Shown one piece after another: positions 39,789-48,032 of a DNA stretch of 56,371 nucleotides. A model generated the notes under the pieces. The model did not search any database. It was not told the DNA's origin and saw only the letters and a list, made by a program, of their open reading frames with translations. Source of the stretch: a bacterium. Lineage in GTDB: Bacteria > Patescibacteriota > Minisyncoccia > UBA6257 > JAGOQP01. Made by a program: the position numbers and the translations under genes. The stretch covers positions 6,070 to 62,440 of the forward strand of contig JAKAIF010000001.1 of assembly GCA_021814445.1 (NCBI GenBank), given 5' to 3'. The stretch's first letter is position 1, and every line of letters begins with the position of its first letter.

Positions 39789-41072
39789 ATGGGATTGGAA
39801 TCATTAATACCAAATAAGAACAATCAACAACCGCAACAAAATGGCGGTTTTATTCGTGATGTCACGCGAGATGACATTGATGAATTAGATATTGAAGAAA
39901 CACGCTATACCGTGCGCCGCGAACGAGATGATTTGGGTGTATTGAGTTCTCTGCTTGCGGGAACTTCTCATCCCACACGAGAACCCTCTCCGTTTCAACA
40001 AACGCAGTCACCCTATGCGGCGCCACACTATCCAGCGTACAATGAACCACACACCACACACCACACACCACGTGCATATCAAGAACCACCTGTACGTGAG
40101 ACGTATCGTGAAACAGAATCTTTTGATCAACCTGTACGTGAAGAGTGGTCCGAAACACAAAGACCACCGATTCATTCACAACCTACATCTTCACCGTCTG
40201 CGATGGTACGAGAATCATTTGTGAGTCCCAAACAAAAAACCGAACATGAGATTCCCATGTTAGCGGGACCTATTTTTCAAGTGGAGGTGGGGAAGATTCA
40301 AGATAATCCCTATCAACCTCGCAAAGAATATGATGCCACTGCGCTTGATGAGCTCGCGGCGTCCATTCGTGAATTTGGTGTTATGCAGCCATTGGTGGTA
40401 ACGCGTATGAATGAGGAAACCGAAGATGGTCTTCGTACTACGTATCAATTAATCGCGGGGCATCGCCGCTTGATGGCGTCAAAGAAAGTGGGACTCAAAA
40501 CAGTCCCGGTGGTTATTCGGAGTGCTCTCAAACGTGGTGATGCGCTTGAGATGGCTATTGTAGAAAATATTCAGCGACAAGATTTAAACGTAGTAGAGAC
40601 CGCTCGCGCATACGCGCGACTCTCTGATGAATTTGGACTGACGCAACGAGAGATTGCGGCGCGATTGGGGAAGAGTAGGGAATCTATTGCGAATACCTTG
40701 CGTTTGCTTTCACTGCCCACACATATGCAAGATGCTGTTTCCGCGGGAAACATAAATGAAAGTCATGCGCGCATTTTGATGCAGATTCAAGATCCGATAC
40801 AACAACAAAAAATGTTTGATCAAATTGTTCGCGAGGGACTCAGTGTGCGTGATGTAAAACGAGTGTTGTCTCATGCAACGCCTCATGCGCATACCACACA
40901 TCAATCCGTCAATCCTGCTATGAAATCGTTAGAGCAAGATATTTCTGATGTGGTGGGTGCTCCCGTACATATTGAACTCTCAGATAAAGGAGGAAAAATT
41001 GTGATTCATTTTTATTCACCTGAAGAAGTGCAGGGGATTGCGCAAAGAATTAGGAAGGAACAGCAGTACTGA
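39789..41072 (+). CDS. parB: ParB/Spo0J with a long low-complexity N-terminal extension
   Basis: MGLESLIP, NPYQPR, LIAGHRR, ENIQRQDL, HTH GKSRESIANTLRLL; likely start 39789. Confidence 0.93.
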   Translation: MGLESLIPNKNNQQPQQNGGFIRDVTRDDIDELDIEETRYTVRRERDDLGVLSSLLAGTSHPTREPSPFQQTQSPYAAPHYPAYNEPHTTHHTPRAYQEPPVRETYRETESFDQPVREEWSETQRPPIHSQPTSSPSAMVRESFVSPKQKTEHEIPMLAGPIFQVEVGKIQDNPYQPRKEYDATALDELAASIREFGVMQPLVVTRMNEETEDGLRTTYQLIAGHRRLMASKKVGLKTVPVVIRSALKRGDALEMAIVENIQRQDLNVVETARAYARLSDEFGLTQREIAARLGKSRESIANTLRLLSLPTHMQDAVSAGNINESHARILMQIQDPIQQQKMFDQIVREGLSVRDVKRVLSHATPHAHTTHQSVNPAMKSLEQDISDVVGAPVHIELSDKGGKIVIHFYSPEEVQGIAQRIRKEQQY

Positions 41073-41112
41073 AAATTAGAGGGTTAGTTAATAGAGGTGA
41101 GGGGATAGGTAA

Positions 41113-41178
41113 CTGTGCATAACTTATATGACACACCATAAAAAACAGCCAATGAGGCTGTTTCGTTTTGGGGTTGAC
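41113..41178 (+). repeat. Cassette-boundary module copy 1 (DnaA-box-like 9-mer, hairpin, followed by promoter)
   Basis: 61/66 identical to 43366-43431; followed by TTGTAT-N16-TATAAT (41187-41214). Confidence 0.9.
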
Positions 41179-41269
41179 GTAGGCGCTTGTATATTTTGTT
41201 ATATTATATATAATCAAGTCGTGGGTTAGTTCCCACAAGAGCTCTTCAAAACTAAATACTGAGGTATTT

Positions 41270-41443
41270 ATGGCCGTTCAAAAACACAAGGTCACCGCAG
41301 GAGCTAGAATTTTGAAATCAATTAAAACAGAGGTTGCTTTACAAAAGAAGAAAACACAGGCCTCTGGGAAGAATATGATTTCAGATTGTAGTGAATTAAA
41401 CTGCAGTACCTATTGTTCCGATCACCAAGACGCGGGTAATTGA
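41270..41443 (+). CDS. Putative RiPP precursor peptide (57 aa; absent from the ORF track)
   Basis: GAGGT RBS; MAVQKHKVTAGARILKSIKTEVALQKKKTQASGKNMISDCSELNCSTYCSDHQDAGN*; own promoter; directly upstream of rSAM/SPASM. Confidence 0.75.
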   Translation: MAVQKHKVTAGARILKSIKTEVALQKKKTQASGKNMISDCSELNCSTYCSDHQDAGN

Positions 41444-41471
41444 TTTGATGTCTTGGTATTAGGGGATTTAG

Positions 41472-41500
41472 CCGCTTCTACGATTTACTGTGGGGGCGGC
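41472..41500 (+). promoter_or_regulatory. Stem-loop between precursor and maturase genes
   Basis: gccgcttctac...gtgggggcggc; no strong U-tract. Confidence 0.55.
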
Positions 41501-41566
41501 AAACCTTATTCAATTTTATTTGAAAATTAAAATGTAATAAATAATAAACTAGGAGATATTAAAGAA

Positions 41567-42652
41567 ATGAGAGAGAAAATAACGGTCATGATTTTACCAG
41601 TCGGGTTGTCGTGTTTGTTGGATTGTTCCTATTGTTATCATGGTGGAAAGGAATCATTTGGTTGTAAGTCAAGGATTCAAATCATACCAGATTATATTCT
41701 AAAAAAGGTGGTATACGATAGCGTCCAATTGGCAAAGAATATTGATTTTCTATCACACGGAGGAGAGCCTCTTCTTGCTGGGCTGCCTTATTTTAAAAAA
41801 CTCGTTGGTTTTCAGGAGCGGATTGATTTCAATGGAATCATCCGTAATATAATTCAGACTAATGCGGTTCTGCTTGATAAAAATAAGGTTCAGTTTTTTT
41901 CGAAAATGGGTTTTATTCTTAGCACAAGCGTGGATGGTTCAAAAAGGTTACATGATGCAAATAGACATTTTTCTAACGGTGGGGGTAGTTATAACCTTGT
42001 AAAATTAGGAGTGAAACTCTGGCGTTCTGTGGAAGAGGGTAAAAATCTCATTGGAGCAGTTACTCTTATAACAAGTACCAACGTTGATTATCCGGAGGAG
42101 GTCTTTAATGGATTGAAGAAGTGTGGTGTTACCAGTTGTGCCCTTCATTTTTGTTCTCAGAATGAAAGCGGTTCTATAACCAATATCCCCGAAGACTTTA
42201 AAACATTAGATTTCTTGAAGAAATTTTTTGATTTATGGTTTGAGAAAGATGATCCGAAGTTTCCAATAAGAAATTTTAGGAACATTCTAAGGGTTTTGTG
42301 TGGTGGAACTACTTTAGACTGTGCTTCTACGGTTGGTGGTTGTTCTGGATTTATAGCCGTTGATCAAGGTGGAGATGTTTATCCGTGTCATAGATTCGTC
42401 GGCAATCCTGATTTTAAGATAGGAAATATACTTGAGAAATCTCTCCGGGAGATATATGAGGATGGTGCTGATCTTTACGCGCGGATCTCTAAGCTTCATG
42501 AGTCTTGTTCTTCTTGTGAATTTTTAAATATGTGTGGTGGGGGATGTTCGTATGAAAAATATGTTGTCTGTGGGGATTTTGGTGGTGTTCCCCCAGAATG
42601 TAAAATAAAGAAAGAATTATTTCTTTATATTAGAGACAAAGTATCTTTTTAA
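41567..42652 (+). CDS. Radical SAM protein with SPASM domain (anSME/peptide-maturase-like)
   Basis: CLLDCSYC, HGGEPLL, QTN, SVDG, GDVYPC, IGNI, CSSCEFLNMCGGGC, distal C; AGGAG RBS. Confidence 0.93.
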   Translation: MREKITVMILPVGLSCLLDCSYCYHGGKESFGCKSRIQIIPDYILKKVVYDSVQLAKNIDFLSHGGEPLLAGLPYFKKLVGFQERIDFNGIIRNIIQTNAVLLDKNKVQFFSKMGFILSTSVDGSKRLHDANRHFSNGGGSYNLVKLGVKLWRSVEEGKNLIGAVTLITSTNVDYPEEVFNGLKKCGVTSCALHFCSQNESGSITNIPEDFKTLDFLKKFFDLWFEKDDPKFPIRNFRNILRVLCGGTTLDCASTVGGCSGFIAVDQGGDVYPCHRFVGNPDFKIGNILEKSLREIYEDGADLYARISKLHESCSSCEFLNMCGGGCSYEKYVVCGDFGGVPPECKIKKELFLYIRDKVSF

Positions 42653-42656
42653 AACT

Positions 42657-42685
42657 AAAAAAAGAGACTTAGGTCTCTTTTTTTT
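42657..42685. terminator. Bidirectional terminator between rSAM and methyltransferase
   Basis: aaaaaaagagac-ttag-gtctctttttttt. Confidence 0.7.
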
Positions 42686-43274
42686 GAGCTACTATTTGTA
42701 CAATGTAATGACTGTGTGGATCTGGATATCCTTGGTGTCCTTTATCTTTTACCTCATTTTCTTCACAGGCGAGAATGTTCCATTCATTAAACCCACTCTT
42801 TAATTCTTCTGGTGTAAAAAATGAGAAGAACCCACCATCTTTTTTCTGAAATGAACCCTTCTCAATTTCTTGTGATGTCTCCTTTAATTTATAGAACATA
42901 GCATCATTTGGAGTGAATAAGGATATTACTATGATCCCGTCTTTTAGTGTGGATTCTTTTATTCTTTCTATGATAGAGAAAGCCTTTGATTTTTGTAAGA
43001 AACAGAGAGAGTGAAGGGCGAGGACCATTGAATATTTATTTTCTTTGAAATTAAAATTTTGTATATCTTCTCTTTGTGCGGATAGATTTAAGTTTTCTTC
43101 TTGGGCAGTTTTTGAGAGGTTTTGTATTACCTGCTCTTTTGTATCTATGGCAATTACTTTAAAACCATTTCGCGCAAGAAATAAAGATTCATTTCCGACC
43201 CCACATCCAAGATCAAGGGCGGTTCCTTTTGGTAGGGTGCTAATATATTTTTTGATAAACTCGCGAGCGCTCAT
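42669..43274 (-). CDS. Class I SAM-dependent methyltransferase (TehB-like)
   Basis: ALDLGCGVGN.SLFLA..G..V.AID motif I. Confidence 0.88.
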   Translation of the reverse strand: MSAREFIKKYISTLPKGTALDLGCGVGNESLFLARNGFKVIAIDTKEQVIQNLSKTAQEENLNLSAQREDIQNFNFKENKYSMVLALHSLCFLQKSKAFSIIERIKESTLKDGIIVISLFTPNDAMFYKLKETSQEIEKGSFQKKDGGFFSFFTPEELKSGFNEWNILACEENEVKDKGHQGYPDPHSHYIVQIVAQKKET

Positions 43275-43365
43275 GATTCTTTATTTTTTATAATATGAAA
43301 CAGTATATCTTAGATGGGAAGCTAATGAAATAGACGTTTTAATTGCAACCACTATTGATGGCCCT

Positions 43366-43431
43366 CTGTGCATAACTTATACGACACACTATAAAAAACA
43401 GCCAATGAGGTTATTTCATTTTGGGGTTGAC
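43366..43431 (+). repeat. Cassette-boundary module copy 2
   Basis: Direct repeat of 41113-41178; followed by TTGCAT-N16-TATACT. Confidence 0.9.
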
Positions 43432-43526
43432 ATTGGTTCTTGCATATTTTCTAGCATGTTTTATACTAATAAAGTAGTAAAAAATTCTCTAATATTAGAA
43501 CTTTCACAACAAAATAGAGGCAGAAG

Positions 43527-43895
43527 ATGAAAAAGAGATCTGTGGTTTTACTAGTAGTGTGTATAATTATAGCATTGGGGGCATCTTTCGTTTTATTGAA
43601 TAAGACGGTGGTTAAACAGAAAGAAGTTTCAGTTGAACGATTTGTGAACATACGGTCGGGCGATTTCGTTAGATATCTTGGGTCTTGGTGCCAAGTGACT
43701 CGGACAAATCAAGGAACCATCACGTTTAAGTATAATTCTGTCCCAGTTCCCTTCATCGCCCATAATATGACTAGTAACGTTCCTGTTCCCGATGAACTCG
43801 CAGGTAATCTTGGAATTGATTCTGTTGTTTATAGGGCAACAAATCATATTGTCTGGGATTCTCTTGTACTCCACTATCATTCACACGATCAGTAA
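43527..43895 (+). CDS. Hypothetical protein with N-terminal signal or TM anchor
   Basis: MKKRSVVLLVVCIIIALGASFVLL; GAGG RBS. Confidence 0.7.
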   Translation: MKKRSVVLLVVCIIIALGASFVLLNKTVVKQKEVSVERFVNIRSGDFVRYLGSWCQVTRTNQGTITFKYNSVPVPFIAHNMTSNVPVPDELAGNLGIDSVVYRATNHIVWDSLVLHYHSHDQ

Positions 43896-43914
43896 GTAGC
43901 TTATTTATAGTTTG

Positions 43915-43944
43915 GGACGTCTATTATAATTATAATAGACGTCC
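43915..43944. repeat. 30-bp perfect palindrome, possibly a terminator
   Basis: ggacgtctattataa|ttataatagacgtcc. Confidence 0.85.
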
Positions 43945-44095
43945 TAATTTTTGTACTCTAAATCATTGTAATTTTCTAATGTCTATTGTACACTTACACG
44001 AATGTGTAGGACTGTCTGTCCTATATTGACTTACTTGTTAATTTATGCTATTCCTAAATTAGTTATTTTACGTAAATTAAATAGGAGACAAATCA

Positions 44096-45796
44096 ATGAA
44101 TAGGAAAATTTTTATTGGTCTTGCGTGGCCATATGCAAATGGGAGTTTGCATCTAGGTCACATATCAGCGTTTATAGGAGCTGATGTCCTTGCACGATAT
44201 TATCGTCTTATTGGTGATCAGGTTTTGTTGGTTTCTGGAAGTGATTGTTATGGTACCCCCATTGCCGTTGAAGCAGCTGAAACGGGCATCAAACCATCCG
44301 ATATTGCGAATAAATATCACGAAGAATTCAAAAAAAATCTTATTGAAGGTTTGGATTTTTCATATGATATTTATACTCGCACCACAACTGATCAGCATAC
44401 CAAAGTTGTGCAAGAGTTTTTTCTTGAGTTATATAATAAAGGACTCTTGTATACCAAAACCGAAAATGCTCTATATTCACCATTACTTAAAAGATTCCTT
44501 CCTGATCGTTTTGTAGAGGGAACATGTCCAAAATGCAGTTATGAGAGTGCTCGCGGCGATCAATGTGATAACTGTGGTTCTCTTCTTGATTCTCTTGAGT
44601 TGAAAAACCCTCGGATCAATCCAAAAATTCTAAAAAGAGAAGGGGTATTGAACGACCAAGATCTTTATCTAGAAGTAAGACAATCTGAGCATTTTTATCT
44701 GAAGCTTACCGCTCTACAGGGAATATTAGAGAAGTGGGTTGAAAAAACAAGCGGGCCATGGCGTTCAAATGCGCGGAGTTTTGCAAAAGGTTTCTTAAAA
44801 CAAGGACTTCATGATCGTGCTATTACACGCGATACCGATTGGGGAGTTCCAATTCCTCTTCCGGGATATGATTCAAAACGAATCTATGTTTGGTTTGAGG
44901 CGGTTATAGGATATTTGTCCGCATCCAAGTTATGGGCGGAGCAACAAGGGAGTCCTGATGCCTGGAAGGAATTTTGGCAAAATGAAAATGCTATACATTA
45001 TTATGTACACGGAAAAGACAATATTCCCTTCCATACTATCATTTGGCCAGCTCTTCTGTTTGCAAAAGAGGATCTCCATCTTCCTGATTTTATTATTTCA
45101 TCGGAATACCTTAATCTTGAAGGAAGGCAATTCTCTAAAAGTAGGGGGTGGGCGGTGTGGCTCCCAGATTTTTTGAAGGAATTTGACGCGGAGACCCTTA
45201 GATATTTTCTGATAGTAAATGGTCCAGAGACTAGCGATGCGAGTTTTTCATGGTCAGAATATGCTCAAGCGGTGAACTCAGAGCTTATTGGAACATTTGG
45301 AAATCTTGTAAATAGAATTCTTTCTTTTACTGGAACACATTTTCCTGCTGGAGTTCGTTTTGTAGAATCTCTTGACAAAGATTCTATAGAACTTCTTCAG
45401 TTGGCGCAAAATGCCTTTCCTTTGGTTGGAGGGCTAATCGAAAAGGGTAAATTTCGTCCTGCTCTGAAAGCAATATTAGATGTTGCTGATCATGGAAATC
45501 GTTTTATTCACAACAAAGAACCGTGGAAAAAGATAAAAGATGAAACGAAGAGAGATGGGGTTGAGACTGATCTTGCGGTAGCTATCCAACTAGTTCGTGT
45601 ACTCGCTATACTCATACACCCATTTTTACCAAGAACAGCGGAGAAAATCTATAATTATTTGGATCCTGTAATACAAAACCCAACATGGATATATCCAGAG
45701 CCGAATCAAATTCAAAGAGTTGTTCAACCTTCACTTTTATTCAGTAAGATTGACGAAAAGAAGATAGAAGAACAACGTTCGAAGCTAACGGGTTAA
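44096..45796 (+). CDS. metG: Methionine--tRNA ligase (Zn-knuckle type, no C-terminal Trbp domain)
   Basis: PYANGSLHLGH, CPKC...GDQCDNC, DWGVP, YVWFEA, GKDNIPFH, FSKS. Confidence 0.95.
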   Translation: MNRKIFIGLAWPYANGSLHLGHISAFIGADVLARYYRLIGDQVLLVSGSDCYGTPIAVEAAETGIKPSDIANKYHEEFKKNLIEGLDFSYDIYTRTTTDQHTKVVQEFFLELYNKGLLYTKTENALYSPLLKRFLPDRFVEGTCPKCSYESARGDQCDNCGSLLDSLELKNPRINPKILKREGVLNDQDLYLEVRQSEHFYLKLTALQGILEKWVEKTSGPWRSNARSFAKGFLKQGLHDRAITRDTDWGVPIPLPGYDSKRIYVWFEAVIGYLSASKLWAEQQGSPDAWKEFWQNENAIHYYVHGKDNIPFHTIIWPALLFAKEDLHLPDFIISSEYLNLEGRQFSKSRGWAVWLPDFLKEFDAETLRYFLIVNGPETSDASFSWSEYAQAVNSELIGTFGNLVNRILSFTGTHFPAGVRFVESLDKDSIELLQLAQNAFPLVGGLIEKGKFRPALKAILDVADHGNRFIHNKEPWKKIKDETKRDGVETDLAVAIQLVRVLAILIHPFLPRTAEKIYNYLDPVIQNPTWIYPEPNQIQRVVQPSLLFSKIDEKKIEEQRSKLTG

Positions 45797-45836
45797 AACT
45801 GATTTTGAAACAGTGTCTGTGAAAATATTAGTTATT

Positions 45837-45869
45837 CCGGGGTCTTACTATTGTAAGACCCCGGTTTTT
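45837..45869 (+). terminator. Strong intrinsic terminator after metG
   Basis: ccggggtcttac-tatt-gtaagaccccgg-ttttt. Confidence 0.8.
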
Positions 45870-45898
45870 GATATACTTAATTTAATTAGTATAAATTC

Positions 45899-47362
45899 AT
45901 GGTGCTTAATAACAAGAATAAAAATAGTGCGAAGAGACTCTTTTCAGAAGCCATTGATATTGGTATTGGTTTTAAGCTACAAGATGCTGTCTCAAAAAAA
46001 CATATAACCGATGAAGATATTGAAAGAATTATTTGTAATCTTCCTCATGCAGGTATATCGGTTAAAAATATTTTGCGTGATTTTAAAAAAGATATCCTGC
46101 CATTCTGTACCAATTTTAGTAGTAGAAACTTTTTAGGGTTTCCTGATGCAGGAAATTCTATTGCTGCGCTTGAGGGAGGGATCTTGTCTGATTTTTTGCA
46201 ACAAAATCTTATAAATCAAAGTTTCTGTGCGCCAGCGGCAACATTCGTTGAGATAGCAGTTCTCCAATGGCTTCGTGAAATTGTAGGATATAAAAAACAG
46301 AAACCAAAAGACATTTGGGAGGTTGGGGGAATTATAACTCCCGGTGGTACAGTTAGTAACTCGGTTGCGATGATGCTCGCGCGCGAGAATAAAGAACCCG
46401 GGACTCTTGAAAGGGGTGTTGTGGATCCCAAATCGTATCAAGTAATTGTTCCAAAAGGGATTGGTCATTATAGTGTGAAAAGTGGACAGATGTGGATTGG
46501 GTGCGGTAATAATTTACTTGAAGTAGAAACAAACGATTTTCGTTATGATTTGAAAAAATTAAAACATACCTTATTGGAAAATAAAGGAAAAATCATGGCC
46601 CTTGTGGCATATGCGGGGGATAGCAGGACTATGACAGTTGACAATCTTAATGCTATTGCAGATCTTGTACATGCCATAGATCCAAAGATTTGGTTACATG
46701 CTGATGCTTGTCACGGATTTAGTTTAGGCTTTAGTCAAAAATTGCGATACAAGATAAAAGGAATTGAAAAGTTTGATAGTATATCAATGGATCCACATAA
46801 AGTTATGCTGGTTCCATATACACTAAGTGTTCTTCTAGTAAAGAATTCCGAAAATATGAAGAAAATAACTAGTATGTCTGATCTTATTATGCAGGAACAA
46901 TTTGCGTTTGGTCAGATCACGCCATTTCTTGGTAGTAAACCGTGGAGTTCTCTTAAATTGTGGTTTATGATGAAGAATTTTGGGAAAAAGGGGCTTGATG
47001 AATTAATCACTAAACGTCATAATCTTGCAGTATATCTTGCAGACAAATTAGGAAAAGATTCTGACTTTAAAGTCTTAAATCGTGTAGAAATAAACTCGGT
47101 AGCGTTTTTTTACACCGGTGTGGATAAGTCACAAATTGATGAGATAAATTATGTGAATAAAGAAATACATAAGAAAATTCTAAATGAGGGGAAATTTCAT
47201 CTCCACCAATTTAGTATTCCTGACATTGGTTTATTTAAGAAAGGAGATGTTGTATATCCACTTCGTTTTATGTGCGGTAATCCAAACGTTACTACGAAAA
47301 ATATTGATGATATGGTTGAATATATTCGATCAATAGGAAGAAAGATAAAACGTAGAAAATAG
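45899..47362 (+). CDS. Group II PLP-dependent amino-acid decarboxylase
   Basis: PGGTVSN, HYS, WLHADACHG, DSISMDPHK (PLP lysine). Confidence 0.9.
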   Translation: MVLNNKNKNSAKRLFSEAIDIGIGFKLQDAVSKKHITDEDIERIICNLPHAGISVKNILRDFKKDILPFCTNFSSRNFLGFPDAGNSIAALEGGILSDFLQQNLINQSFCAPAATFVEIAVLQWLREIVGYKKQKPKDIWEVGGIITPGGTVSNSVAMMLARENKEPGTLERGVVDPKSYQVIVPKGIGHYSVKSGQMWIGCGNNLLEVETNDFRYDLKKLKHTLLENKGKIMALVAYAGDSRTMTVDNLNAIADLVHAIDPKIWLHADACHGFSLGFSQKLRYKIKGIEKFDSISMDPHKVMLVPYTLSVLLVKNSENMKKITSMSDLIMQEQFAFGQITPFLGSKPWSSLKLWFMMKNFGKKGLDELITKRHNLAVYLADKLGKDSDFKVLNRVEINSVAFFYTGVDKSQIDEINYVNKEIHKKILNEGKFHLHQFSIPDIGLFKKGDVVYPLRFMCGNPNVTTKNIDDMVEYIRSIGRKIKRRK

Positions 47363-47363
47363 T

Positions 47364-48023
47364 ATGAATATAAAAACCAGCATTTTTAGAGAAATAACTT
47401 CTTTTTCTAAAGAACACCTGCGCCATCTTGATCATTTTATTCTCGTTTATGGTTCATATGCCTCTGGGCATTATTGTGACACATCCGACATTGATGTTTT
47501 TATTATTGTGGAAAAATATAACAGTAAAGATTTTACTAGATCTTTAAATTTTCTAACCGACTTGCATGATCGTTATAATTTAAAGATCGATAATGAAGTT
47601 CCATATGTCAATAAACTTATTGTGTCATACAAAGATGTGATGCGCGCTATCGCGTTAGATCCTTTTATCTATAAAGAAGAAAAGTATTATATTCCCCCAA
47701 TAAGGAAATCAAAAAAGTTTCTCTCGTCTCAAGAAATTCGTTGGAGACTTATCTTAAACGCCCTAACATCTCCTCACTTGTTTATCTACGGAAATAAAAA
47801 GAAATATCTTTCATTTAAAAATGACATGGAAAAATCAATAGTGAGGCTTGCTCTTGGGCTCGTGGGGACACAAAAACCAACCATAAACAACTTAATAAAG
47901 ATACTCCTTACCAGTACACATGGAGAAAGGGGGGAGATGTATTTGGGGTATAAAAAAGAAAGAAAAGAAGTTGTGGAATATCTAAAAAACCTCATAGAGA
48001 GGAATTCCGCGCTCCCTATATAA
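47364..48023 (+). CDS. Pol-beta-superfamily nucleotidyltransferase domain protein
   Basis: VYGSYASG...SDIDVFII motif. Confidence 0.8.
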   Translation: MNIKTSIFREITSFSKEHLRHLDHFILVYGSYASGHYCDTSDIDVFIIVEKYNSKDFTRSLNFLTDLHDRYNLKIDNEVPYVNKLIVSYKDVMRAIALDPFIYKEEKYYIPPIRKSKKFLSSQEIRWRLILNALTSPHLFIYGNKKKYLSFKNDMEKSIVRLALGLVGTQKPTINNLIKILLTSTHGERGEMYLGYKKERKEVVEYLKNLIERNSALPI

Positions 48024-48032
48024 TATATAGAC

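Noticed and set aside
41117..41179. Classical integron attC site (GCATAAC...GTTGAC)
   Set aside because: The ends pair poorly, copy 3 lacks the GTT end, cassettes carry their own promoters and no integrase is seen. Kept only as an unclassified repeat.
41567..42652. Plain anaerobic sulfatase maturase
   Set aside because: Not excluded, but disfavoured: no sulfatase nearby, and a Cys-containing peptide ORF shares its transcription unit.
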